A DNA stretch of 64,000 bases from an uncultured Phycisphaeraceae bacterium (GCA_964569425.1 CAZMVD010000008.1:3182-67181), one strand, 5' to 3'. Counted from the stretch's first letter, positions 20,959 to 30,806 are shown. Program-made: numbers and translations. The notes: generated by a model not told the origin, from the sequence alone.

Positions 20959-22449
20959 ATGGGTCTGGTTGTGTATAACACGCTGACGCGAACCAAAGAG
21001 CCGTTCGAAACCGTGCGCCCCGGTCACGTGGGCATTTACCTGTGCGGACCGACGGTCTACAAGCCCAGCCACATTGGCCATGCGGTCGGACCGATCATCT
21101 TTGACGCCATCAAGCGTTACCTCATTTTTCGCGGCTACCAGGTCACCTGGGTCGTGAACATCACCGACGTGGACGACAAACTTATCGTTGAAGCCGCAAA
21201 ACAGAACACGTCCACTCTCGCGCTCGCCGAGCGCGTGACCGGGGACTACCTGGCCGCGATGAAAACGCTGCACGTCGACGGCATCGACCTTATGCCCAAA
21301 GCGTCGGAGCACATCGGCGACATCATCGACATCATCCAGCGCCTACAGCAACGCGATGCCGCGTACGTGTCCGGCGGCGACGTCTACTTCGACGTGACCA
21401 AGGACGCCGACTACGGCAAGTTGTCCAATCGCCGTGTCGAAGACCAGGAAGGCCAGCGCGACCTGCAAAGCGGGGACAAGCGCAACCCCGGCGATTTTGC
21501 CCTCTGGAAAGCGGCCAAGCCCGGCGAGCCGGATGAGGTCAAGTTCGACTCCCCCTGGGGCAAAGGCCGGCCCGGCTGGCACATCGAATGCTCCGCCATG
21601 GCCATGCGCTACCTGGGCGAGACTTTCGACATTCACGGCGGCGGCATGGACCTGATCTTCCCTCACCACGAGAACGAGACGGCGCAGTCGGAAACCTGCA
21701 CCGACAAGCCCTTCGCCAAGTACTGGCTGCACCACGGGCTCACCCGCTTCAACACCAAGAAGGTGGCCAAGTCCGACACCGACCCGGAAATGCAGGCGGC
21801 GCTGCTGCGCATGACGCTGCACAATCTGCTGGCCACCTATCCCGGCGAGTTGATCCGCTTCTTCGTGCTGAGCACGCACTATCGCCGGCCCATCGAGTAC
21901 TCCGAGGCGGAAATCGAAAGCAAGCGGAAGGGGTTGGATACGTTCTATCGTCTGTTCGAGCGCGTGGAGCGGGTCAGCGGCGCATCGCCCTATGGGGTCG
22001 CGACGGCCGACGGCGCCATCGCCAGCGCCACGCTTGCTTCGGCCTGTGACGAGCAGGCGGCCGAATTCGTTCGCGCCATGGACGAAGATTTCAACACCGC
22101 CGGCGCCATCGCCGCCTTGTTCGAGTGGGCCGGGGCGGTCAATCGCCATGTGGAGCAGGAGCGGCTCGAGTCCGGCGGGGCTGATTCGGCGAAACGCGAT
22201 GCGCTGCACGCCGCCGGCCGGCTCATCGCCACGGCGCAAACCATCGGGTTGTTCCTCGAGCCGCCACCGAAAAAGACCGGCGCCGACGACGGCCTGATGG
22301 ACAAAGCCATGCAGGTGCTCATCCACATCCGCCAGCACTTGCGCAAGAAAAAGGACTTCGAGTCCGCGGACCTCATCCGCAACCTGTTGGCGGAGCGGAA
22401 GATCACGCTGGAGGACCGCGCCGACGGCACCGTGTGGCGCGCCGAGTAA
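20959..22449 (+). CDS. cysS: Cysteine--tRNA ligase
   Basis: YLCGPTVY, HIGH, NITDVDDK, DFALWK, GRPGWHIECSAM, DLIFPHHENE; KMSKS variant KVAKS. Confidence 0.97.
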   Translation: MGLVVYNTLTRTKEPFETVRPGHVGIYLCGPTVYKPSHIGHAVGPIIFDAIKRYLIFRGYQVTWVVNITDVDDKLIVEAAKQNTSTLALAERVTGDYLAAMKTLHVDGIDLMPKASEHIGDIIDIIQRLQQRDAAYVSGGDVYFDVTKDADYGKLSNRRVEDQEGQRDLQSGDKRNPGDFALWKAAKPGEPDEVKFDSPWGKGRPGWHIECSAMAMRYLGETFDIHGGGMDLIFPHHENETAQSETCTDKPFAKYWLHHGLTRFNTKKVAKSDTDPEMQAALLRMTLHNLLATYPGELIRFFVLSTHYRRPIEYSEAEIESKRKGLDTFYRLFERVERVSGASPYGVATADGAIASATLASACDEQAAEFVRAMDEDFNTAGAIAALFEWAGAVNRHVEQERLESGGADSAKRDALHAAGRLIATAQTIGLFLEPPPKKTGADDGLMDKAMQVLIHIRQHLRKKKDFESADLIRNLLAERKITLEDRADGTVWRAE

Positions 22450-22454
22450 CCTGC

Positions 22455-24167
22455 TTACTCCTCCTCCTGCTGGTCACTTGGTCTTTCAACCCCCGGCGCT
22501 ACCTTCGTCCGGTCCGGCACTTGACCGGCCAGCACCACCGTGCGCGCCAGAATGTCACCCAGCCGCTGCCGCGCGGGGGTCAGCACCACCAGCAGCACCA
22601 GCGGGGGAAAGTAAAACTCCACGCAGCGCAACGCGTTGCGCACCAGGATCGCGCCCGGCCCGCACGGCTTGCCGGAATGGCCGACCACATACAGACCCAG
22701 CAGCCGCTTACCCACCGTCGTTCGCGCCGCCAACTCCATCACCGCCGTGTACACGCCGACAATGCTTCCCATCACCGGAAGAAAAAGAAATCGCGTCGCG
22801 GATTGCGCCGCCGGTGTCGCCTGCGCGTATTCCGCAACATCCAGCCCCTGCCGCAGAACCATGACGTACAACGCCGCTCCCCAGAATGGAAAAACCAGCA
22901 CGACGTCGATGAGCAGCGCGGCCGCGCGGCGCCCCAGCGGCGCCAACACCGCGTGGGCGGTCAACGGCACTTCGACAAGCACGCTGTCGCGCCGCCAGAT
23001 GAAGATTGCCGAGAGAATCCCCGCCAGCACCGCGTATTGCAGCAGCATCGATGCTGAAGGGCTTACGACCGGCTGCGGCGCACGAGAAAGTGCCTTCACC
23101 GTCGTCCATGGCTCGACCGGCGTGCGAGACTCGGAATCCCAGAGTGCCATTCGCGCTTCGCCGCCGCGGTCGGCAATCGCCACCGCCATTCGTCCCGCAA
23201 ACACGCCCACCGCAAACGGATGTTGGAGCCGCAGCGCCGCGCCCCCGTCCTCCTGAAGTTCCGCGCCCGTCCGCCAGTTTCCGTCGGTGAACCGAAAGGG
23301 CTGTACCGCGTGTCCGTCCGACCGGCGGAGAACCGCCAGCACCACCGGATCTTCCCCCGTCCAGCCGCCAGCCAGGGCGCTGGGCACGTCGTTAAACGAA
23401 AGGGTGGCCACGGTCGACCAGTCCGTGTTGATCCCGGAAGAGACGTGATGGCGGTAGCCGGCCCCGTCGGGCGAAAACCGGTGCAGGCAGTGAACGACGC
23501 CGCCGCGCGCCAACAGGATCAACGACGAAAAATGCGGCCCCAGGCCCTCCGGACCGGCACGATCCAGCTCCCATTGACCGTGCGCGTAACGCACCAGAAC
23601 CAGCTCCGTGTCCGGCACGGTCGTTGGCGCATCCGTCGGCGCCGCCGTTTCCGCGCCCTCCGGCGTGTCCCAGGCAGCGGATTGTGTTCGAGCCTCGACA
23701 ATCTGCTGCGCCTGGCGGTGCGTGACCAGCGCATACAGCACCGGCCGCTCCTGATCGGCCGTCAGCGCCAACGGCAACGCAGAGCGCGGAAGGGTGAGTT
23801 CGTTGAATTGCGTTCGCGAAGGCGTAGCCTCCCAGAGCGACGCACGCGGCGCATAGCGGCGATGCGTCCCGTCGCGATAGATGGCATGGAGTTGGGTCTC
23901 TCTCACCGCGGCGAAGCGAATGCTGCCGGTGGCAACGTTGCGCAACGCGAAAAACCGCCCTGCCGTGGCGTCACCGGCGCTGCGATACGCAAACCGCAGC
24001 AACAGCGTTCCATCCGGTTCCGGTTGGCGTTGGAACACCCAGAGTATCTCGTCATTGCCGACCAGCACGAGTTCCTGCGGATCCGCGGCCAGGCTCGCGT
24101 CGCTCGCCAGCGCCGAACTCACCAGGACCAGTGCAATGCGCATCAATCGGAGAGGTCGTCCAAACAT
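22455..24167 (-). CDS. Membrane protein with large N-terminal extracytoplasmic domain and C-terminal RDD domain
   Basis: RRAAALLID, TVGKRLLGLYVV, RN, QRLGDILARTVV; signal-like N-terminus; start uncertain. Confidence 0.8.
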   Translation of the reverse strand: MFGRPLRLMRIALVLVSSALASDASLAADPQELVLVGNDEILWVFQRQPEPDGTLLLRFAYRSAGDATAGRFFALRNVATGSIRFAAVRETQLHAIYRDGTHRRYAPRASLWEATPSRTQFNELTLPRSALPLALTADQERPVLYALVTHRQAQQIVEARTQSAAWDTPEGAETAAPTDAPTTVPDTELVLVRYAHGQWELDRAGPEGLGPHFSSLILLARGGVVHCLHRFSPDGAGYRHHVSSGINTDWSTVATLSFNDVPSALAGGWTGEDPVVLAVLRRSDGHAVQPFRFTDGNWRTGAELQEDGGAALRLQHPFAVGVFAGRMAVAIADRGGEARMALWDSESRTPVEPWTTVKALSRAPQPVVSPSASMLLQYAVLAGILSAIFIWRRDSVLVEVPLTAHAVLAPLGRRAAALLIDVVLVFPFWGAALYVMVLRQGLDVAEYAQATPAAQSATRFLFLPVMGSIVGVYTAVMELAARTTVGKRLLGLYVVGHSGKPCGPGAILVRNALRCVEFYFPPLVLLVVLTPARQRLGDILARTVVLAGQVPDRTKVAPGVERPSDQQEEE

Positions 24168-24298
24168 GGAGATTCGGCGTCGTGCGCGATTCGCGGGTGC
24201 AGGGAAAGGCATCGATGGCATTATGGTGAAGGCCTGCGTCCGCGGCAAGGCAAGCCCCCGCTGCGGCGAAGCGTGATCACCGGCGCAGCTCACCTGCC

Positions 24299-25147
24299 TT
24301 AATGGGTTCGCGAATCGAATTGGCAGGCCGGGGGCGCGGCGAATTGAATACTCGACTCCGTGACTTCGCTCACCAGCGACCACTTGCGAATCTGAAAACG
24401 CAACGCACTATCCGATTGCGGCCAGCTCACCGAAACTTCCCCCGGCAGGAACACGTCGCCCAGATCCTGGCGGCGATACCCGTCCAGCCGCGCGTCCATC
24501 ACCACGTCGCCCCTCGAATCTCGAAAGATTACCCGTCGCACCAGTCGCGGCGCAAACCGATCGAGCCAATACTCTTTCTCCAGCACCAACTGCCCGCGAT
24601 CGTCGCGCGGCAGAAACATCACCTGCTGATGCTCGTCCTCTATGCGCTGGACCTGGCGAACACCGCCCGGACCCAGCCAGTGCGTCGGAATCGGTCGCAG
24701 CCCCAGCGCGTCGATCATCTGATCCGCCCGCAGGGGAATGCCCTCCGGCAGGTCGTCCTCCCGGTCATGGCGACCGCAATAGAATTGCTCATCATCCCTT
24801 GTGTATACCCAGTACGCCTCCTGATTCGAGCCCACCAGCACTTGCGACTCGCCGAACTTCCTCAGGTCAAAGCGCAGGTTTCGCGGCCCAAGGTAGAAAA
24901 GCGTTCCGTCGGCGTGGTAACTCCGCCGCCGTCCCTCGAGCCGTACGTGGCCGTCCACCGTGCCGATTGCCCGGACCGTTCCGGGAATCGCCGCTATGTT
25001 CGCATTGACAATGCGCGCCGCATCCGCCAACGGCAGCGCTTCCAACGGCACCCGCACCACGGGACGATGGCATCCGCCAATCCCGCCCAAGGTTGCCGCC
25101 AATGCACCGGCTATACTGTGGACCCGCCAGGTCGCGTTAATGCCCAT
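24299..25147 (-). CDS. Hypothetical lipoprotein
   Basis: Lipobox-like IGGC; beta-rich sequence; overlaps the stop of the upstream gene. Confidence 0.65.
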   Translation of the reverse strand: MGINATWRVHSIAGALAATLGGIGGCHRPVVRVPLEALPLADAARIVNANIAAIPGTVRAIGTVDGHVRLEGRRRSYHADGTLFYLGPRNLRFDLRKFGESQVLVGSNQEAYWVYTRDDEQFYCGRHDREDDLPEGIPLRADQMIDALGLRPIPTHWLGPGGVRQVQRIEDEHQQVMFLPRDDRGQLVLEKEYWLDRFAPRLVRRVIFRDSRGDVVMDARLDGYRRQDLGDVFLPGEVSVSWPQSDSALRFQIRKWSLVSEVTESSIQFAAPPACQFDSRTH

Positions 25148-25718
25148 CGTCGGCGATCCCCCCTTCCTGGGGATGATCCGGCGCATCTTCCTCGCTCGCC
25201 AGTTCCTGCGCCCAGGGCCCCATGTCGCCGTGGAGTATGGCGCTCAATTGTGCGCTCACCGATTGAACTTCCGCGTCCGAAAGTCGGGGATTGACCACCG
25301 TGTGCCGGGACTGGTCCTTCACCAGCGTCATGTCCCAGGTTTCAACGCCCCCAACACTGGTAGTGCCTTCGTAGCGCAGTTTTCGCTTGCGCATCAGGAT
25401 CAGCGCCAGCACAAATCGAAACTGCACGCGGGCCGGTTCCACTTCGCGCGCCAGCCGCAGGAAGAACTGCACCAGCAGATCGTCATCCACCAGCAGCCGT
25501 TTCCGCTTCCGACTGACCGGCACCCGCGTCTTGAAGAAACAGAATGCCCCTTCCGGCGCGCCCTGCCATCCCCCCAGGCTGTAGTCCGCCCGCCGGAAAG
25601 TCTCACCCTCTTCGAAAAGAACGGTGTAGAACTCCTCCCCCTCCTCCAGCTTGTGCCCGGTAACCGCGCACACTCCATGAGGGCTGTCCACCTGCCAGGT
25701 CGTTTTGAACATCGCCAT
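25137..25718 (-). CDS. Conserved hypothetical protein (Planctomycetota-type)
   Basis: CAVTG..L..GE.FY, FVLALILMRKRKL and VVNPRL pattern; operon position. Confidence 0.7.
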   Translation of the reverse strand: MAMFKTTWQVDSPHGVCAVTGHKLEEGEEFYTVLFEEGETFRRADYSLGGWQGAPEGAFCFFKTRVPVSRKRKRLLVDDDLLVQFFLRLAREVEPARVQFRFVLALILMRKRKLRYEGTTSVGGVETWDMTLVKDQSRHTVVNPRLSDAEVQSVSAQLSAILHGDMGPWAQELASEEDAPDHPQEGGIADDGH

Positions 25719-25972
25719 GATCTTCCCTGATCGCCTTTCCCGGTCCGCCGGCCGTTTGAGGGCGCCGCGCGTTCTCGCCCGCGCCGTGGTTGGCCATTGA
25801 AGATGCACCAGCCGCCAACGTCAAGGCAGCCTCAGACCTTTCGCCGTCGTCTCCTTTTTTCTTGGTTTGCAATCCCGCGCACGATGACTATGCTGGGCAA
25901 GACTCCGTTGGGTATCGGCTGACGCTCGAAACTTCCTCGCTCGTGGGGGGATTTCCGCAGGGAGGCACTTCC

Positions 25973-27073
25973 TTGGCCAGACGTCGAAGAAAAAGAAAAA
26001 TTCCCGCATTTACCGCCGCAATCATCGTCGGCTGCGCAGCGTTCGGTTGGTGGTGGATGGGTGGAGACCAGCAAAGCACCAGCGACCTCCGGCCCGCGTA
26101 CACCCTCGGCCCGCCCATCTCGGCGAACCGCCGTGCCGACGCGCCGCGGGAGCGCGCCACGCCTGCCGCTCCCCTCAGTGGACCGCAACCGGCGCAATTG
26201 TCACCGCCGCCGGCCCAGCCCACGCTGGCGGCGGCCGATTCCGAAACGCCCCGGCAAACCGCCGCCAACACGCCCACGCCCGCCCGCACAGAGGGTGCGC
26301 CGCGTCCCGCGCCGTCGGCCGTTCCGCAGGAATCCGCCTCGTCGCTGCTGGCTGCCGGCCGGCAGGCCGCCGCGGCCGGCGAACTGGTCGCCGCACGTAC
26401 TCGCTTCGCCGAGGCGCTCCAGCGCAACCCCGCCCCCGACGAAGCAAAACTTCTGCGTTCCGAACTAGTTCGCCTCGGCGAAGAGACCATTTTTTCGCCG
26501 CGCATCCTCGAAAACGACACGCTCACCGAGCGTTACATCATCCAGACCGGCGATTCCCTCGCCAAGATCGCCAACAGATTCAAGGTCTCCGCCGATCTGC
26601 TCGCCGCCGTTAACGGCATCGCCGACAAGAACCGCATCCGCGCCGGCCAGGCCATCAAGGTCGTGCACGGGCCCTTTCGCGCCGTCGTCGATAAGAGAAG
26701 TTACACCTTGGACCTGCTTCTCGCTGACGTCCTCGTCCGCCAGTTTCCCGTCGGCCTCGGTGCCGACGGCAGCACCCCCACCGGCCAGTGGCAGGTCAGC
26801 ACCAAGCTCGTCAATCCGACCTATTACCCCCCGCGCGGCGGTGCCATCATCGCCGCCGACGACCCCAAGAACCCCCTCGGCGAGCGCTGGATCGGCCTCG
26901 TGGGGCTCGCCGGCGAAGCCCTCGGCCAGGAACGCTACGGCATTCACGGAACCATCGAGCCCGAAACCATCGGCCGCGATGCCTCACTCGGCTGCATTCG
27001 CCTTCATAACAAAGACGTGGAATCGCTCTACATGTGCCTGGTGGAAAAGCACTCCACGGTGATTGTGAAATGA
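25973..27073 (+). CDS. LysM + L,D-transpeptidase (YkuD/ErfK family), membrane anchored
   Basis: TTG start after GGAGG; TM segment, Pro/Ala linker, LysM (YIIQTGDSLAKIA), YGIHGT...SLGCIRL catalytic motif. Confidence 0.9.
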   Translation: MARRRRKRKIPAFTAAIIVGCAAFGWWWMGGDQQSTSDLRPAYTLGPPISANRRADAPRERATPAAPLSGPQPAQLSPPPAQPTLAAADSETPRQTAANTPTPARTEGAPRPAPSAVPQESASSLLAAGRQAAAAGELVAARTRFAEALQRNPAPDEAKLLRSELVRLGEETIFSPRILENDTLTERYIIQTGDSLAKIANRFKVSADLLAAVNGIADKNRIRAGQAIKVVHGPFRAVVDKRSYTLDLLLADVLVRQFPVGLGADGSTPTGQWQVSTKLVNPTYYPPRGGAIIAADDPKNPLGERWIGLVGLAGEALGQERYGIHGTIEPETIGRDASLGCIRLHNKDVESLYMCLVEKHSTVIVK

Positions 27074-27106
27074 CCGCTTGCTTCGGCCCCCTGGCCGGAG
27101 GATACC

Positions 27107-27664
27107 ATGGCCTGGATTTCCATCATTCCCGAACACGAAGCCCAGGGCCTGCTGGCTGAAATCTACGCCACCGCCGCCCGTCGCGCCGGCCGCGTGTTTA
27201 ACATCCTGAAAATCCAGAGCCAGAATGCCGAAGCGCTTCAGGCGTCGATTCAGATGTACCTCGCGCTCATGCACGGCCCCTCGCCGCTGACCCGCGCCCA
27301 GCGAGAAATGCTCGCCGTCGTGGTGTCCAGTGCCAACGAGTGTCACTACTGAGCCACCGCCCACGCGTGGGACCTCCGGTCGGAGGTCGACAATGACCGG
27401 TTCGCGCAGCAGGTTCTCACCGACTTTGCTCGCGCGCCCCTTTCGCCCGTGGACCGCGCGCTCTGCGACCACGCCATCAAACTCACCCGCGCCCCCGCCA
27501 GCGTGCGCCCTGCCGACCTCGACCGCCTTCGCCAACTCGGCCTCACCGACCGCGCTATTCACGACGCTACGCAGGTGATTGCCTACTTCAACTACATCAA
27601 CCGAATCGCCGACGGCCTCGGTGTCGATCTCGAACCCGAAATGACCCCTGGCAGCCCACTATAG
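27107..27664 (+). CDS. AhpD/carboxymuconolactone-decarboxylase-like peroxidase-related selenoprotein (Sec at UGA 27350-27352)
   Basis: ORFs 27107-27352 and 27449-27664 share one frame with a single TGA between them, in NEC-H-Y-*; downstream AYFNYINRIADGLG; SECIS-like hairpin; selB present. Confidence 0.88.
27371..27388 (+). promoter_or_regulatory. Candidate bacterial SECIS element (apical stem-loop)
   Basis: GACCTCC-GGTC-GGAGGTC: 7-bp stem with a G-initiated loop, stem begins 18 nt after the UGA. Confidence 0.75.
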
Positions 27665-27722
27665 TAGTCGTCAAATACATCGCGGGGCCGGGCGAGTCGC
27701 CGCAGGATCGGCAGCGGGGCTA

Positions 27723-27745
27723 TGGGACCGGCTTTCCAGCCGGTC
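27723..27745. repeat. REP-like palindrome
   Basis: TGG-GACCGGCT-TTCC-AGCCGGTC: perfect 8-bp stem in intergenic DNA. Confidence 0.5.
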
Positions 27746-28237
27746 GTCTCGGCTTTCGGCGTGTCGCCTACTCTGCTTATTCACTCCCGCTCTCCGCCAA
27801 GCTCGCCGCTCATGTTGTTCTTTCCGGCGTTTCAGGACCCGTCACCCGAGCCGGCACCGCCGGCGCCTGCGGCTGCACCGCCTCGCGATCGATTTGTTGA
27901 AGCGTCATCCGTCCGAGAACAGCGTCAATGGCAGGAGCCGTATGGCCGGAGCAGCGAGTTCGTAACAGAAATCCGGACGAGGCGAGGAACTTGTTGTGAG
28001 CCAGCCCGATATGGGACGGAGGGCACGAGGAAGTTCACGCGGGGATTGAGGCTCTCTCCGGGCGATTATCGGGTTTCGGCGGTCTTGGGCGCGGAAACTG
28101 CGAGCTTCATTTGCCCGGGGGTCGCGTGTATTGGAAATTGTGTATGCCGCTCCTGCTCGGATGTCGATGCAGAGCGGGGTGTCGTCGCCATAGGGTGACG
28201 AGGCCACACCAAACGTGGTTGGGGAAAGGGTGATCCC

Positions 28238-28417
28238 ATGAAGGCATTCATTCAGAAAGCACGCGCGTTTTGGCGCAACGAAGACGGTCCGACGGCGACT
28301 GAGTATGCGGTGCTGCTGGCGCTGATCATCGTCGGGGTCCTGGCGACAATGTCGCAGTTCGGGGCCCGGGTGGATTCGATCTACGTGACCATCGCCACAG
28401 CATTCGGGCAGATTTGA
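28238..28417 (+). CDS. flp: Flp family type IVb/c pilin 1 (absent from ORF track)
   Basis: Hand translation MKAFIQKARAFWRNEDGPTATEYAVLLALIIVGVLATMSQFGARVDSIYVTIATAFGQI; G-x4-EY Flp motif. Confidence 0.92.
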   Translation: MKAFIQKARAFWRNEDGPTATEYAVLLALIIVGVLATMSQFGARVDSIYVTIATAFGQI

Positions 28418-29287
28418 GCGCGACCGTGCGGCGGCGGGCGCTGGTGTACGCGGCAGCCTCGGGGCGGTCGGGTATGTGGCGCGTTTGCCGGTTCTCGTCC
28501 GAAGAGATTGACTGGGGGGATGGGCGTATCAAGTCAACCGCGCGTTCGCGCCGTCGGTATTCGACGGGGTGACCGCACAGTCAAGCACAACGGTCATTCC
28601 TCCGGTTTCCAGGAAACGCTGATGGGGGAGCATTGCAATTGCGTCCGGGGAGTCATGGATGTCCCGGGCGCAGGTGGGCGGCGAGTTCGACGGATGGGCG
28701 TCGAGGATCGCCATGAGCCGGAAACCAGAGCGTTCATCGCGATGGGTTTGCTTGCTCCTGAATATCCGGAGGTGCTGATGGGACTGGTTTCCTCAGCCAA
28801 GTTTCCCGCGGCGTCGACCGAAGAAGCGGGACCAATGGTCCGGGAATCTGTGGATGCACCGGCGGAGTGCCGGGGTCGTCCCAGGGGACGGGCCGGGTTT
28901 GATCAGCCGGCAGCGGTTGGTTCCACCGCTGCATCATCAGGTGTTTTCCAGTGCCATTTGCCTGGCACTTGTTTGTTTCGTACGGTGTATTCGTGAGGGC
29001 GGTCGCAGCCGCCACGATGTGTGTGGCCCGGTGCGACTGAGGGGAAGGAAGGCGTCACATCGGACCACCTTTCCCGAACCCGTTCGGGATTGTGACTTCC
29101 GGGGGATTGCGCCTGAGAAAAGGTGCACCAGGTTCCCGGAATCCACCAGGGGTGTTCAAACTCGTTACCCGCAGGAGGTTCGAGTCGTTTACAAGGGAGG
29201 GGTTGCGGCGCCACATCGGCGCTGCGGCGACCTTCGGGTAGCAAAGGGCTGCGAGGTCAGTCCTATGTCTTGGAAGGGAGATTACCA

Positions 29288-29467
29288 ATGGTCAATTTCG
29301 TGAACACTGCGAAGCGTTTCCTGAAGTCTGAGGATGGCCCGACGGCGACGGAATACGCGGTCATGCTGGCCCTGATCATCGTGGTATGCATTGCCACGGT
29401 GTCTTCGCTGGGCAGCAGCGTGGACGGCATTTTCAGCGACGTAGACACGGCGCTGAAGGCGATGTAG
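29288..29467 (+). CDS. flp: Flp family pilin 2
   Basis: MVNFVNTAKRFLKSEDGPTATEYAVMLALIIVVCI...; GGAG RBS. Confidence 0.93.
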   Translation: MVNFVNTAKRFLKSEDGPTATEYAVMLALIIVVCIATVSSLGSSVDGIFSDVDTALKAM

Positions 29468-29696
29468 TCCGCGGTTGCGGACGCGGTCTTCCGGCGGGTC
29501 GGGCAGCGGCCTGGTCCTGACCGGATGACTCGGGGGGATTCAAGGGGGGTGGGCGTCGCCGGCGACGGTGGCGCCCACCACCTTATCCCGCGGGTGCGGG
29601 GGAACGGGAAACGAAGCGCAAGACCAAGCGGTGGGGGAACGGGCGGTACGCTACCGACCGGTCGCCACGGCGATGTTCCAATGGGGGACGCAGACA

Positions 29697-30251
29697 ATGG
29701 ACATGGGATTCTGGACAGTGACTTGCGCGATCCTGGTTCCCGGTACGCTATTGGCATCCTGGATTGACTACGCCCAGCGGCGGGTGCCCAACTGGTTGAA
29801 TGCGACATTGATTGCGCTGGGGTTTGTGGTCCAAGGCATTTACTTCGGGTGGTCGGGACTGGGCGTCGGACTGCTGGGGTTGTTCACAGGGTTTGGGCTG
29901 TTGATTGTGCCCTGGCTGATGCACGGGATGGGCGCGGGGGACGTGAAGCTGATGGCCGCCATCGGCGTATTCCTGGGACCGTTGCTGACCTTCTATTCGT
30001 TTGCGCTTGGCGCGGTCATCGGCGCCGGGGCGGCGATCGTGATGATTCTATCGACGGGGCGTGCGCGGATGGCGCTGTCCAACATGGGGATCATCATGAT
30101 GAAGTGCTCGAATCGCCAGACCATGTTCAGTGACTTTGGTTCGGCGAAGAGCTTCGGGGCGACGTCGCAACTGCTGCCGTACGGGGTGCCGTTGACGGCG
30201 GGGACGTTGCTGGTTCTGGGGGCGAAAATGTTCGGCTGGTGGGGGATTTGA
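29697..30251 (+). CDS. cpaA: Prepilin peptidase CpaA/TadV (A24)
   Basis: D...RRVPNWL, GMGAGDVKLMAAIG, LPYGVP. Confidence 0.92.
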   Translation: MDMGFWTVTCAILVPGTLLASWIDYAQRRVPNWLNATLIALGFVVQGIYFGWSGLGVGLLGLFTGFGLLIVPWLMHGMGAGDVKLMAAIGVFLGPLLTFYSFALGAVIGAGAAIVMILSTGRARMALSNMGIIMMKCSNRQTMFSDFGSAKSFGATSQLLPYGVPLTAGTLLVLGAKMFGWWGI

Positions 30252-30253
30252 CC

Positions 30254-30694
30254 ATGAGGCGAGGCCTTTTCATCAAGCGGAAGGCTACGGGCGACGGGTT
30301 CCGCGCCCGTGCCGCGGCGATCGTGGAGTTTGCGGTGGTGCTGCCGCTGCTGCTCACGATTCTTTTCGGGATTATCGAGTACGGGTTTGTGTTCCTGATT
30401 CGGCAGTCGCTCCAACATGCGGCGCGGGAGGGATGCCGCCTGGCGGTGCTGCAAACGTCGGTCGAGCCGTACGCCAACGTGACGGCTCGGATTGCCGAAG
30501 TGATGGGGCCCACCGGGTTGACGACCTATACGGTGAACATGACCCATGCCACACCGGCCAATCCGGTGGAGACGGTCACAGTGACCGTGCCGTACAACGA
30601 CGTTTCGCTGGTGGGCGGTTTTTTCGGCACGCAAAACTATGACCTGACGGGAAGCTGCAGCATGCGCAAGGAAGGATTCGATGACGGTTCGTGA
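30254..30694 (+). CDS. tadE: TadE-like pseudopilin
   Basis: AAAIVEFAVVLPLLL...IIEYG...AAREGCR. Confidence 0.9.
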   Translation: MRRGLFIKRKATGDGFRARAAAIVEFAVVLPLLLTILFGIIEYGFVFLIRQSLQHAAREGCRLAVLQTSVEPYANVTARIAEVMGPTGLTTYTVNMTHATPANPVETVTVTVPYNDVSLVGGFFGTQNYDLTGSCSMRKEGFDDGS

Positions 30695-30765
30695 CCGTGG
30701 TCGATTCGTGCATGCCGAAAAGAGATTGACAGGCAAGCCGGTCCCGGCGGCCTGACGAAGGAGCG

Positions 30766-30806
30766 GCGCCCCCGCGTCCGGCGTGACGCGGGGGACGCGC
30801 CTTTTT
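30766..30806 (+). terminator. Probable Rho-independent terminator after flp-cpaA-tadE
   Basis: CCCCCGCGTC-CGGCGT-GACGCGGGGG hairpin followed by T5. Confidence 0.6.

Noticed and set aside
27107..27352. 81-aa ORF as a truncated pseudogene or separate small gene
   Set aside because: Sec read-through explains it better: the stop is at the catalytic Cys position, the frame continues intact and a SECIS-like hairpin follows.
27665..28237. oriC at the skew switch; ORF 27722-28198
   Set aside because: I saw no DnaA boxes, AT-rich unwinding element or dnaA/dnaN. The ORF is low-complexity and begins within the palindrome.
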